Assembly (NCBI RefSeq): GCF_031769215.1
Contig: NW_026782198.1
Span: forward strand, 868,001 to 932,000
DNA: 64,000 nucleotides
Direction: 5' to 3'
Source of the DNA: Ylistrum balloti
Taxonomy: Eukaryota
This document shows positions 1 to 13,879 of the stretch, in pieces; position 1 is the first letter of the stretch; the number at the start of each line of letters is the position of its first letter. The notes under the pieces were generated by a model. That model was not told the DNA's origin. It made no database searches and was given only the letters and a program-made list of their open reading frames with translations. A program made the translations under genes and the position numbers.

Positions 1-111
1 CAGAAACTTTACCGAACCGATTTTGTCAATAACAAATTCAGCTGAAGCCTATGGCAACTGACGGCGTGAAACGAAGGACATTGATTCTGTGAGATTGTAA
101 TGGTCAATACT

Positions 112-258
112 NNNNNNNNNNNNNNNNNNNNNNNNNNNNNNNNNNNNNNNNNNNNNNNNNNNNNNNNNNNNNNNNNNNNNNNNNNNNNNNNNNNNNNNNN
201 NNNNNNNNNNNNNNNNNNNNNNNNNNNNNNNNNNNNNNNNNNNNNNNNNNNNNNNNNN
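112..258. other. assembly gap (147 N)
   Basis: Run of n from 112 to 258; the three ORFs spanning it are artefacts. Confidence 0.99.
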
Positions 259-2394
259 AATATGGATGATGCCACATACCGTCATATAACGTCTCAGTGC
301 ATCATACGTCATAGTATGTCAAAAATAATATAACACCCCTCCCCCATCCCTTCCCTACAAAATTTGCAAGCTAATGGCTTGTGGTCAGGAATAAGACAGC
401 TACGAGCTGTGCTATTAAATGTCTTAATCAAAACAGTTACATTTAACTAGTCTTTCTTTGCCGACTTTACAGCGATTATGAACCAAAGTATACAAATATA
501 TTCTATGATATCCGTCTCCAACATGTACAATGTACCGATGAATCCAGATTTGATTCAGAAGTGGATAGCGAAAATACAGTAATAAATGGTATATACATGT
601 GCTATTCGGTTGTAATCTTATTGTGAGTTTTAGTTGAAATATGTTGGCTACGTGCAATTCATTTGTATTTTGTAAAAGTCAGTTTTAACATACTTAGACA
701 ATTTTAAGACGAATGTTTAAAAGCTAGCGATCTGTCGTACCGAAAGGGTAACTCCAAATAGAAGGTGTCACATCTGTGTACCATCGTATCATTCGGAATC
801 GATTTTCAAAATTAAGTGATCAACTTCCCTAGTAAATCAATTTAAAGCGAGGTATTTTCAATCGGTTATACGAGTGAACAAATTGGTGGAGGTGATTAAT
901 CCTTTTGTTAAATTGCCGAACAGTCACTTTTGAATGTTACAATGATTTATCGTCCTTTTTAAAAGAGAAATTTGCATGTAAATCATCGTGTTTTTTTCTT
1001 CTCAAAAACGAGTTACTACACCCACAATCTTTAACAGTCTTCTAACGTCTCGTGCCGAAGTTATGAAGGCTTCTGCATTTTCAGGTACACGTGTATTTAC
1101 CAGCACGTGTCCAAACATCTGTGATGTTAGTAGGATCTACTAGCAATCCTTTTGCCATTAGATTTTTGACATAATGCATAGGGTACGTGTATTTTATGGA
1201 ATTAAAAAATTAAAGGCCTTTTTGCCATGTTAAAAGCTGACGAAGACAGAAAGGCCTTGCGGACAGACTTGTGTTTTTGTTATCTAACTTAAAAATCAGT
1301 TTCCTAATAAATAAAAAGAGTTTCTTATATAACACATAGGAGGTGTCTTATATATGTATCAGTGTAGTCTTACACGTGGGTTTATTACTGTATGTACGAA
1401 CTGTACGTATAACTTTCCAACATAAATAATAGATAATAGATCTACGTACCTATTCAGAAGTGTGCTGCTCACAATTTCAAACATTCTGATTAGTAGAAAG
1501 GGTTAGTCATCATTTAAAACTAATTAGTTCATTAGCCAACAGCGAGGACAAATCACAGCTGGACATGGATTTGTGTCCGTGCCTAACTAATTGTCAACTT
1601 CATCATTAGCAATCTTCAACTTTAATTGAAATAAAAACCCAATGAAGAATTAGAATATCGGTAGAATTCCTTAAAATGATGCTTTCAAGAACACGGGCAT
1701 ATTATACTTTTAGTTATAAAATGTTGGTTGACATATTGATATTTATGTTGTTCGTAATAAAGTAGGCGAGTTTTTAATAATTGATTTACCACCGTCGTTA
1801 CACAATAAAACAACACATGCCTTTGTCTTTTAGAATGTTGGTAAATCGACAACACACCGTTTTATGACTGCCATTAAGCCTTAATTGTCTCTATTTAATG
1901 AAAGATCTCCACATCTTGTCATCTGTTCCTTGGTTCTTTCGATGAAACCGTCATTTTACCTATACATAGTCTAAATGTAGATACAGAATGTTGCTGCCGA
2001 TATAGAACACACACGCCGCTTGTAATTATTGATGTGTTTCTTTGTCTCTAGTTTAGTTGTTTCAAATTACCTAGCTTTAATCATTTTGTGTTTGATTTGA
2101 TTTCAATTAAATTATTTTCTGATAAACTGTTTTTTTTTTCTCTTTTTTTTTGCGAAGTGGAAATAAAGAGTACGGACGACTCAGCAGCTTCAACAACAAG
2201 TCAAAATGAGTGGGAAAACATAACTTTATTTTATATTTATATCTTATGACGATTGTGATACAAGTTATATAAACTTGTCTTGTTGGCCAGGATTGAAAGG
2301 GGAGGGATGAGAAGGAAAGGGGTGGGGGCACCTCAGTCAACAGTCACTGTTTGTGTTTCTCAGCAAGTCTAAGACAGAAAAATATGTGCTGACA

Positions 2395-2548
2395 TGGTAA
2401 TTGTGTCCTTGACACTTTCCTCTAATTCCGCTGGACGGCACACAACGGGCCTACTGTATTGTGTTCATAAAGGTAGCCATCAGTTACAACAAGGAGGTCT
2501 CGCCTTAAACAGTACTGGCTGTTTACGAGGCGACAAAGCAAACAAACC
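2395..2548 (+). mobile_element. CORE-type tRNA-derived SINE relic (core and tail)
   Basis: TTGTGTCCTT-GACACTTT core remnant at 2401. The tail GTAGCCATCAGTTACAACAAGGAGG...GGCTGTTTACGAGGCGACAAAGCAAACAAAC aligns with the copies at 55315 and 62191. Confidence 0.65.
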
Positions 2549-2879
2549 ACAATGGAGGCGAACGAGAGAGAATGCCCATTACTACTTCACATTACTTCGG
2601 GATCTAGTTAAAAGTCGAATTTGTTACCACTGCACCAAGAAAACTCAGTTTAATCGATTGTCAGCTTTATCAATACAGTTTTCCTCATTATTCTCATTAT
2701 TTGGTATTTTATGTCTTATGGCTGTTGAAAAGTGTAATTATTAAAACACATTTGACGTGCTTTTGAAATTATCAGATATACATATTGTGCGAAAAGTACC
2801 AAATCTATTGAATTATGGGGTAAGTGCTTCCTTCCATCTAAACTTTGATTTTCCTCACGTCCCTTCAAATTTAGACTTT

Positions 2880-2920
2880 GAGCATCACTGATGAATTCTA
2901 GAAGGACGAAAAAGTTGGAT
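2880..2920 (+). ncRNA. hammerhead ribozyme relic, copy 1 (core intact, helix III/I decayed)
   Basis: CTGATGA (2888-2894), ATTC-tagaa-GGAC, GAAA (2908-2911). Confidence 0.65.
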
Positions 2921-5900
2921 CATCCAGTTTAGTCCATGTTCTCTGCTCTTTTACACAATACTTAATTGCAAGACGCCAAACATTTTACTTGTATAGTGTG
3001 CAGTGCATTATTTCCATTTTCCCTTCAGTCTTTTCTTCCTGGGTTTCCACACGTATCATCGATGAAGGGGAGAACTCTAACTCTTTTACTATTTCAGAAG
3101 TCTCTTCGTAAAGCTGTCTGTTTATTGAATTTGAATTAGGATTTTATTCAAATAATTGCATCTTCTTGGCTTTATGACCCATGAACCCATTGGAAGAATT
3201 CCAGAAGGACAAATCAGATTCCTGATACAGGTGATTACCAGTAATTATAAACTGAAAAGTATTTTTCTCTTGTGTTTGTTTCCTACAATATCACATAATG
3301 TAAACGTTTTACGTTTGGTTGCCTAATTAACAAGTTTTTACCCAATTATACGACTTTGTGTCATATCAATATAATTTTCACCCGGACGCTTTACCTTTTG
3401 TTTCTAGTCCATTGGTATTGCCTTTCAATCCGTTACAAGGAGCCGCGACAGCTTGTCATCCGATTGCCTTGAATGACATGCGACGAATTTCCCGCATTTT
3501 GTTCAGTGAGGTTGCCACCAGCTAAGATCGTGGCTGCACATGGAGTGATAAACCAAAGGAAAAATAAAAAAACAATCCTTACCTGTTTTTAGAACAACGA
3601 CCTTATTTTTCACTTGTATGTAATTTATATTGGGCTGGTTTTATTGTTGCGTAAGGCATGTAGATACACTTTGTCCTATTTCGCCGAGATTCAGTAAGTC
3701 TGATAAACGATTTTTATTTCCGTTCGTTCACTGTATATTTTGCTTTAGTTTAGTATATGGGTACCCTAAATCGGACTAAAATATATGATATGACATTTAT
3801 ATACGTGCATAACAGCCATGTACTAACAATTATATTTTTCCCCCAACAAACAAATGTAAAATAAACATGTTTTCTTTTGTGTTTTTATCACACACATTGT
3901 AATTGTGTAAGACTTGTATATAGATGTAGAATTATGACGTTAAGCCTCAAGAGACTTGGCAGTACAGATACATGTACATATCGCCCATGCCAACACCTCT
4001 TCAGAACAATTGTAGTAGTGATTTCTGTCGCCTGTTTAGCTAACTTGAGGACAGCTTTCTGTGTGTAGAGAACGGCCTGGGGACTAGTTGTTTCCTGTAA
4101 ATTGTCGTCCTTTGACAATTTGGCGCGCCTGTCAGTACCAGAGACGAAAATGTGAATTCAATGAGACAAGTTGAAACAGTGCATTCTACCTAAGTACATG
4201 ATACTGTTCTATCTGCATCATCTATATTACAGTTACAGGTCACAAAGGTGAAACCACCGGAGTTCTAATTGTATTAGTCTAAATAGCGTAAATAGTTATA
4301 TATAGTGACATAGGAATTCAGAGGCATGTCAGATGCCATTCCCATTTTGTCCTTGGTTTATCAAAGCAACGCATTTTGACGTTTTCTAAAACAAAATTAC
4401 TGTACTAATTTATCAGTTCCGTTGAGTACCAAAGAGAAACGAGCATACTATTTTGTTTGTCTGTTTGTCTGATTGTTTTCTTGTTTGTACAATTGTTTAT
4501 GTTTTAGCGTCCTCGCAACAACAAAGTCATACAATGCCAGATGCTTTAATAGGTTAATCATACAGAAATGACATGACCTTGACACGGTAGCACATTTACC
4601 CACTTGATCGTCTTGTACTTACAAAGTGTTAACAATTAGAACAATCTCTTAATTTTATATGCACCTCTGGGTAACAAAATATGTACCTTTTTTACAGAAT
4701 AGCTCCACACATATTTTCTACAGTGCTTTGAACAGAAACAGTTGGCAGGAAGAGTGTGCCAACAGGATAAAGTATAGAAATCCAACGTGTTTAAATAAGG
4801 TAACCATACCAACATTGATGTTGATGTTGAAAATCGGATTTATCTTACCGGTTTCCGCTTCGGCTTTTGCAATACTATGCACTAGAACAAAATGACAATT
4901 TCAGTTAACAACATGCTGTCATTACGGAGGTCAATTCAGCATGTTATCTAAGTGAGTTAACACTAATATGCATAACTTAAATGTATTGTTTTATTTATCT
5001 TGTAGCGTCTCCATGAAATTTAAGTGTGTTATTGTGTTCAAACCTGTAATGTCCACCTGTGGCGTGCTTTACAAATGTCACTACAGTCTGATTGTTTTAG
5101 ATACAATTAAGATAGCGAGAACGTTTTGTTAATTACATAATTAGGAGATCTGGGATTAAGTTTAGACTTTGACAAATTTCTATCAGCCATAAAACGGCAG
5201 GATAGTTGGAGAAAACCAGAGTTTCAAGACAAGGACATAGCGCCACGCTATGGTGTTCCGTTCTAGCTTGGACCTGCAATGAGGGTTATCGTGTGGTTAA
5301 AGATAAAGAAAATATTATCCATCGAGTTACGATTTCACATTCTGTTCAAGTTTTCAGATTGTATCAACAAGTGAAAATGGAAATCCCATGAGTGCTTTGA
5401 ACCGACAACGGATAACAACATAACAGACACAGTAACACATATTGTCCTTCATCTAGGCTTTTCATCACGTGTACAGATAACACTGGCCTGTCTAGATTGT
5501 CCGAATTAATAAACAGGGAAAATCATGTACTAGTTAGGAGCACAATAAATACAACATTCAAAGAGGAGAGTCCTTAAATGTTTTGTCACGTGTGTTTACC
5601 ACAATGAAATACATCAGTGCTGCTACCAAGCTCGCTCCACATGGCTATTCATAATATCTCCATGAAAGTTAATCGTTACAGGAATGGTAATTTTCTCAAT
5701 GACTTGTTTATAAAAACAAAACCAAAGGATACCAAGCTCTACACCGGTAACATATGCGAGACACTTCGTTTAGGAATTGTCAATATGACGTAATAGAGAA
5801 AAAATCTCCCGAAAGTGGGAAGGCATGTGGAGCATAGGTGGTAGGCATTACCTGGGGCCGGTAACGATGTGAACATTTCTGTGTGTCTTATTTTTCTTGT

Positions 5901-6508
5901 CATCAACAGGACGTCAGTGTTGCATATGAAGTTTCGCTCTCTCTGGGTTCTGACAGACTCGTATAAAACACATCCCGGACATGTCTACTACGACAAAACA
6001 TTGAAGGTAATTGAAATAGAAAACGGAAAAGTTTGTTGTTTTCTACTGAAATAATAAGTTGAATAACAACAAACCATGCAAAGAGAACCTCACATAGTCG
6101 TTCGATCACACCTTTTGATAGCCGATGTGATTACGTATTCTCAAACGCTGAATGAAATGTGGCGCTATAACGATGAAACAACAATGTAGCCTGTTGTCCC
6201 GGTGATTGATTGATTGTACAACACCAAACACAGATAATTAGAGACGTAAATATGAAATTATAGCGAAGAGTGAGACATTTAAAAATAACGTTACACAGCT
6301 ACTCGTTCTGAATTGTTTCGGTAACTCGAATATAAGAACTGACAGTGAATGGAATATGATCAGTCAAGCCCTTTGTATAATAATTAAATGTCAAGGTCGT
6401 TGACAATAATTTTCAGACCTAACGAGGAGTTGTTTAGAACAAAGCAATCACAAAATACCAGAAGGTAAGAAAAACCGTTACCTTAACTCAAAACCGATGA
6501 ACTTGACG

Positions 6509-6552
6509 AACTATGGACAACATCAACTATGGACAACATCAACTATGGACAA
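6509..6552. repeat. 16-bp tandem repeat, about 2.75 copies
   Basis: (AACTATGGACAACATC)n. Confidence 0.9.
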
Positions 6553-6737
6553 AATGAACAATGGAGAAAACAAGAATTATCGCCAATTTATGAAAATGGA
6601 GTTTGCAAATAAGGGAATCAATGCTATTTACATCAGCAATATTTTGGACCAGAAGTCGAGCTAAACTTCCGCCGTAATTTCAAAGCAGAATTACCCATGT
6701 AATTTCCCACAGTTACTGATTGCCCAGCTACAAACAA

Positions 6738-7005
6738 CTCTTTGTTTCTATTTTAACCATTCCTCTTTGTTTGTATTTTAACCATTCCTCTTTGTTTGTA
6801 TTTTATGCGTTTCTCTTTGTTTGTATTTTAACCATTCCTCTTTTTTTGTATTTTAACCATTCCTTTTTGTTTGTATTTTAACCATTCCTCTTTGTTTGTA
6901 TTTTAACCATTCCACTTTGTTTGTATTTTAACCATTCCTCTTTGTTTGTATTTTAACCATTCCTCTTTGTTTGTATTTTAACCGTTTCTCTTTCTTTGTA
7001 TTTAA
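6738..7005. repeat. 25-bp minisatellite, about 10-11 copies
   Basis: Unit AACCATTCCTCTTTGTTTGTATTTT. Confidence 0.95.
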
Positions 7006-7730
7006 TGCGGCGTTCCTCTTTGAATTGTATGCAATCATCTTTGTTTGTATGTTATGCATGCATCTTTGTTAATATACCCATTTGTTTATTCAATGGTAAA
7101 ATATCGATCTGTTACCGATTCTGTGTAATTTTGGTATTGTTTTTGCAAAACATACATTCTCGATATATCACCTTTCCTGAGAAAAAATGTGTCTGTCTTC
7201 ATGGGATCTTTAATATTCACTTTTTTGAAGATGGTGTAAAAACGCCAACGTCAAAACGTCAATGACGAAAACTCATTTTGGCGAAACCATTAAAAATTTT
7301 AATCAATGAGAAAATCTTTAGGGCTTATTAATTCAGAACGATTGAAATTCATTATTTTCAAAGACATTATAACAGGTCGGAGTTGATATAGTTTCCGAAA
7401 AAAAGAAAGTACCTACCAGGGACCAACACTAACGCTATGCCGTCGCTGATCGTGACTATAGAACGAGTGGCCAATACTCCCTTTACATTTATTCCGTGTC
7501 TAATATTACTCTAGCATATAATTTAATCAAGATATATTAGGTGTTTTAAAACCAAACGGGGAGAACATTACATTTTTAAAGGTCAGGGTATGTTAACCAT
7601 GAAACGACATTAAACATTAAGATACCAATACGTCAATAAAATCATAATATATCATCAAATTAAAAAAACACCTGGGCAAAATATTGAAAGATTTACTAAA
7701 CAGAAAGTTCTGAAACAACGATTACTATTT

Positions 7731-7770
7731 GTTCCGGAAGAGTAAGGGTCTTCTGCTTCTGTGCCGCCCC
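7731..7770 (-). mobile_element. isolated Penelope-like 3' terminal motif
   Basis: Reverse complement GAAGCAGAAGACCCTTACTCTTCCGGAAC matches the motif that follows the RT ORF at 23063 and 39162. Confidence 0.55.
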
Positions 7771-7789
7771 CTCCCCAGTAACTTTTTTC

Positions 7790-7960
7790 AAATGTGCGTC
7801 CGTGCGTGAGTCCTGACGTCCGACATAGCCTTGTATACAATATATATCTCGTGAACAGATATTTTTCAGTTTCATATCACATCATCACAACACCAAGGTA
7901 TAAAAACTGATTTTATCTAGATGTTCATTGATCAAAGGTAAAGGTCAATGGTCATTCTTG
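7790..7960. mobile_element. possible pearl/HINE-like non-autonomous element fragment
   Basis: GTGCGTCCGTGCGT microsatellite-like start and AAAGGTAAAGGTCAATGGTCA motif, recalled as typical of this bivalve repeat class. Confidence 0.3.
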
Positions 7961-8200
7961 AACGCTTTTTACATAAAAAGCTTGAGTAAAATGATTGGGG
8001 TTGAGTTATATCTATGTGAACACGTGCTATGACTATTTATTTTTATTTGAGCATCACATTCAATATCAAGACTTTGCTTAATCCTACTATTTCAATGTAT
8101 GATCATCTTGAGGGAGGAAAATGTTAACACAAATTGTACAAAAAACACACAAGTGAACGGGATATTTCAATGCAAATTCGTAATAATGATCCGAATAATT

Positions 8201-8240
8201 AATCAAACAGCTGTTTCGTTCTTCTAGGACTCGTTAATTA
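8201..8240 (-). ncRNA. hammerhead ribozyme relic, copy 2
   Basis: Minus strand reads TTAACGA-GTCC-tagaa-GAAC-GAAA-CAGCTG-TT-TGAT, with a palindromic ACAGCTGT helix III. Confidence 0.6.
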
Positions 8241-10470
8241 TGAAAATGACTTAAATTTTGAAGTCTAGGAGACTACAGAGGATACCCAAAATAGATGGGA
8301 CGAAATGCTAAAAGCCAGACGGGGATGTACACTTGCCTAATAATTCAATAATATTGGTAATTTTCATAAATTCGATAACATCAAAAGAGTGACAGTTATC
8401 TATGAATATTCTGAACCATGCCGCTATTCGGATGAAATAAAACGTTGTATGCAGGCTTCGGCAAAATTCGGGAACTAAAAGTCCACCACCTACAAGATTG
8501 GAGAATGCATTTTGTTCAATTCAATTGAATTTATTCACCTTATCTATCATGCTTTCCATGATTACCAATGAGCAGGTGATCGTTTCATAAAATGATCGCA
8601 AATGCAAAAATAAAATTGAATACTGCAAAATCATTAACCTTGTGGGGCTTAAATTTGGTGGATTTTCGAAAGAATATTATTTTGTGAGCATTTCATTTTA
8701 AGAAATCTACCTATATTAAATCCAACAGTTTGCGGCCAATCGATTTAATTAATTCAATAGCGCCTACGAAATCAACGAATAATAACTATTCGTCATAAAT
8801 TAATGAACCAAAGAAACTACCGACATGTCGACAGATGCTGAGTTCAAAGTCAATGTCGATAAAACTCTAGCAAAATATGAGCAAATAAAAGATTTACACT
8901 TAAATGAAGAAGAAGACAAGGTATTTCAGAAGGTTAAGCGTTTTCTGTTTCGTCGTCGACATCTGCAATGTAAATCTTGGTCTATCCAAGTAATGTCCCG
9001 TTCCCAGATGAGAGGCGTACAACAACGGAACCATTAGGCATGCTATCGAACATCATCCACGCTTTACCACATAACGCAAAAGAAAATAGAATAATTTTGA
9101 CGACTGCAGAAATTGCCAAAATTTTGATCAAGCTGCATCTCTCGAAATCTGTATGGTTTGTCATTCAGTTGCTGACGTCCCACATAAAAGTCGTTATATT
9201 GGAATGTACTCTTGAATATCAGGTCTATTACTTTCCGGGTATGTATTTCTAAGATTACCTTTTACGTCCATAATTCGGTCTGCTGTAACAAATATTGTAA
9301 TTTTGGGACAGAAAAATCTACAAATGCATGAGAACCCATTATTGATTTCGACTTCATTCGAAAAAAATCAGACGAGTTGGAGACAGATGTTCTGGAGACG
9401 AATGTATCATATTGATAGGAAGGTACATTTGCACCTAAATTTGTTAGTTACGTTTGGTGATTCATTTTGCCCGGGAGATAAAAACAGGTTAAACAATTTG
9501 AAACAAATTAGCCAACTAATGAAATTTTCATAATAATTCTATAAGCTTGATATTCTAGATATTTAACATATTCCTGCTCCTGATTTTTTCTAATTAGAAA
9601 ATGTCTTTTGGGAATAATTGCTGAAATACATTACTATTATCTTTATGCTTTATAGCGATTACGTCATATTGCCTTAAGGAAAGAAGATATGTTTTAAGTT
9701 TAGCAATTACAGGATTTAACGTTCAAACTATCAAACTAATTATCTAAACTCTGTTAAAATATCTGTCTTCCGAGTAGAATAAAACCAAAAGATGGAAGTT
9801 CACCAAGTACACCGGAATGTATGGGAACTTCTTTAAGAACACTAAACGACAAGAAATGCCTGTCGCAAACGTACGTTTGAATTTTTTGAAAGATTATCCT
9901 AACGGATTAGGATAAACAAATGACACATTAAAATCTTAAATCTGAAATGAACTTTCCACATTCGATTTGAAAAAGGAAAGTACTTTGATATGTTCTATTT
10001 GAAAAAGGATTCTGTACTAGTTTAACACGTCTCTTAATTATACTCGGAGACACTCGTTATTTTGTATTAATCACATGTTTCTGAGTTGCAGAGATGATAT
10101 TTTAAAGACTTTTTTAAAAACTTAAGACTTAAGAGATTTTCATAAGTCTTCTGTATATTTTGTGCATGAACAGCTAAAAGTGTTGATGTAAGACATGTTG
10201 TCGTAACCAGTGATTCTACTAAATGTCACCAAAACACAACTCAAGCCGATCCACCGAAAATAATAATAAAAAAGAAACAAACTGGAAGATCTTTATCATT
10301 TTTATGGTACGAAAGCTCTTAGCGAAATAACGAGCATAGTAAATCTGTATGAAGACTGCTTTCAACGACAATACAGAAAAGGAAAATATCAGAAATTCGG
10401 AAAGATATTTGGACCTCATTTAAATGTTATCTGTGGAGAGGTAACAGAATGTGATTTAAAAGATAATTGA
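8240..10470 (+). pseudogene. unassigned decayed coding-like region
   Basis: Successive protein-like frames broken by stops and frameshifts (8825-9037, 8977-9252, 10270-10470), interrupted by a MITE. Confidence 0.3.
8621..8814. mobile_element. degenerate TACTGT...ACAGTA-type MITE
   Basis: Starts TACTGCAAAATCATT; the internal layout resembles the MITE at 58897-59094; right end decayed. Confidence 0.5.
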
Positions 10471-11814
10471 AAACCATTTCTATTCATTTCAGATTATTGT
10501 TTATTTCTAAGATCGTCTCTCCGTCTATTTTAAATTTACTTATTTCAAAATTACAGTTAAGTAGCGCGACCAGGCTTTTTCAATTTTGATTAACATGACA
10601 GAGAAACGGCATTTCATTAAATGGCTGAGAATAAAATAACAACAAAAGTGAACAGAATAAACGAAATCTGAAACGGAGGCAATAAATGCATGATATGAAG
10701 ATACGTCATGTCGACGATAAAATCGCGATTTAACCGGTATCGGGTATATCATGCAACTTTCTTTTTTCCTTAATTAAACTAGTTCTGGATGCTTTGATAA
10801 TTTGACAAACATCCTTAATTAAGGTAAGTAAAACATTTCAACTCTTGACATTCAAGTATTGTTGTATCTCATTCCAAAGATTAAATGTTATCATCGATCA
10901 AAAGGGAGTGAGAAGCGCCTGGAACAACAAAAACATGTTTTTATCTAGCATTTCTCAGGTCTCTTTTCTAACACTTGTGAAAAGTCAGGCTGTATTTGCT
11001 GGTGGACTCCCTTATTGCAATCATTGTTGGCCACATTATTTTATTTTAATTTAATCGTCCTTTTTTTCCTTGTCATGTAAACATGAAAAAGGTTGATAGT
11101 CAATGTTTTGTAAGTGTTCCATGCCTGCTACAAGCGTTCTATTTACACTACCGTTATTACTTGTGATGGCTGCTCTGTTGGAATGCCGTTTAATGGTTTC
11201 CAAAACTTGGCAATATTTGCTCGAAATGCACTGTACGTGAAAGATCCATTAAATGAGCGCGCATTTCACTAATTGAAAGGGAAAAGGTTCAATAACATCA
11301 AGGAACAGTGCAGCAATGCATGTTGTTTCATATAACGCATATCTACATAATGCAGAGCATTTCTTCCTCTTTTTCGAATACGTGACATTTTATTACAGAG
11401 CGTAAAGTTTAGGATAAGTTAACCTCATTTTTATCAATAATGAACTTCTTTGATAAATGTAAAGTCACGACAAGAAGAATGTATGACCTTGTGAAAGAAT
11501 AGCTTCCACCCAAACGTAATCATAATAGAATACTAAAGAGTTATTTGATAAGATGCAGAATTTTCTTACTTTTTTGGAGGGGGAAAGGTGGATCTGTCTC
11601 CAATGTTTTGAAATCTCCCTGATAATGCCTTGTCATCATTAACGCTTACCGATGTTCTTCAGTCTGTATATGATGTATTCTCGAATTTTCACATTCATAG
11701 TTTTGAAAAATTATTACGACAATAACATTTTTTTGAATGAACATTAATGATTCCTTTCCGCTCTGATTTATAAATTGTTTTATTAAAAAAAAAATCATCA
11801 TTTGTTAACTTGGG

Positions 11815-12350
11815 TCGACAGGTTTATTGGCCATGTCTATCATATACGCAGCAGCATCAGACATTAAGGACACGATAAACTCTTCTACAATACTCGTTAA
11901 GTTTTGATTGCTATAGTGAAACCAACAGGGACATTTCTCCATTAACCTGCATGATAAGCATGATGATTTCACGTCTCTGCGTCACCATTCTATTGTCTTT
12001 GATATGTTGCGGTTGATCCGATATTTCAGCGCTTGTTGCTAATATCACGATTCGTAGAAGATGTTGGCAACTGACGGACAAGCTCACAACACAGGGTTTT
12101 GAGAGGTACAGATTGATTAATTTCATGGGGCAATTATACTATTGTTATTATGATTTCGGTATGCCATTTTCCTCGTTCTATATGAATTTAGATGTGTTTG
12201 ATGCCGATTAGTATGTGCGATGGTTCCGTTAGTGTTTGCCCTGCTCTCATAGGAAATGTGATATTACTTGCTTGAATTTACAAAAAAAAAAAAAAAAAAA
12301 GGGCGAGTGTCATCGGAGAAGCACGCTTATCCTTTCAGAACACCTGGTCG
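11815..12350 (+). mobile_element. Penelope-like retroelement 3' fragment (RT C-terminus plus 3' motif)
   Basis: One frame gives DIKDT...LHDKHDDF...LIRYFSACC*YHD, then after a frameshift QLTDKLTTQGFERYRL; ends in GAAGCACGCTTATCCTTTCAGAACACCTGGTC. Confidence 0.75.
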
Positions 12351-13879
12351 TATTCGCTCTCTTCTCAATACTCATAGTAAAATGAGGACGGATATCTAAG
12401 TGGACGCAACGTAGAAAAACAGGAAATATAAATGTGTTATAATTGGAGGCAGCAGACCAATCTTGGGCTCCAGAGAAACCTCTTAGTAAGGAGAAATTAT
12501 GAAAATCCTTAAGTCTTTAACTTTGTTGACGCTCCCAGACGACAGCGCAGAAGACGCACCCGATCCTGCAGAAGTTACACAATTAGTCACCTTTTCAGAT
12601 GCTTACAGTGAATCGCTCCCGCAGTCGGAGAGCTTTATCATAGACAATGGCAAAGTAATAAATCGGTGAACAAGACTCCAAGTAATTTGAAGTCATTACA
12701 GATGTCGGTAATTTACTACCATTGTATACTGGTATACGTTATTGAAGACCTCGATGAGAGTGATATATTGCTGGATACGAATGAGCATTAAACACATACA
12801 TGTTTTGTGGATTTTTAGAATTAATTTTTTTATCTATTCACTTATTTCCATTTCATTATTTTTTGAAGAAAAAATATTGATTCAACGAAACTTGTTGACG
12901 GCAACTGATTTTCAAAGTATAGATATAGACAAATTGGCCAGTTTCAAATCAACAAGGAAAACACTGTTGAAAAGTGTCAAATTAACCACGTTGCGAGCTA
13001 ATAGCGAACGCCACCGCCTCTATTTCGTTTCATACAAACATAAAATGATATAAGATTTTGTTTCTAAATATCAAAACACGAAAGCAATGTTTCTTAGGTT
13101 TGCAATGTAACTTGTTCTAATGTGTCGGTTGATCTCATCATTATTCCATCCTGTAGACACCTGATATAATTGTCAGCCTTCTTGTTCTTGTTTTTCAGTC
13201 CGTTTTCATGTTTCAAGGGAGCTGCGTATTTCCACAATTATTAGGTAGTTGCTCCATGCCACCATATATCAGCACATTAAGGTGGTAATTTTAATTACAA
13301 CGACCACACCGATAGAGATTTCTATGTGCGGGCTGTTTGGTTAACTGTGTACATCATATTCAATAGAGCCAAGGAACATTTCATCTTGCTGTGAATCGTT
13401 GAAAAGATATTAGATTGTTAAATTCTAATTTCTCCCATTCATTTTATCTCTAAAATACAATTGTTACCGATTGCACGAATGCTGGTGTCAATTTCATTTT
13501 CACTCCGAGTTAGTGATCTACACAAATAATTTGAAGTTATGCAATTTCATAATGCTCAAATATTGTGGTTTTAAAAACATTTTGATATAGGTATGAGACT
13601 TAAGCAAATGAAAATAAAACAATATAAATCTAACCTTGTGACGTTTTATCCTAAATAAGTCTTCTGGCGCCAAGAATTCTGCATCATCAAAATATAAATT
13701 TCCAAATTACGAAATAAGTGTTTAAATGATGACAATTTGAAACGATTAAAAGCATATATTCCAGTACTTATGAACAAAGTCGTGACTCGTCGTAATCAAG
13801 TTATAGCGAGATACAGGTTGCACTACAACAACCGTTTGGTATGTCCCTATAGGGGAGGTATCTGTAATGTGGTTCACCA

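Noticed and set aside
9-333. Three ORFs at the window start
   Set aside because: They are open only because they run through the N gap.
2298-2328. G-quadruplex-like tract (also the C-rich 336-355 and poly-C at about 36767-36784)
   Set aside because: Simple low-complexity tracts with no functional context.
2860-2990. THAP-like peptide on the minus strand (PTFRPSRIHQ*CSK)
   Set aside because: It is the antisense translation of the hammerhead core.
5206-5391. Sushi-like WTCNEGYRV peptide
   Set aside because: An isolated motif with no flanking Cys/Trp pattern or splice sites.
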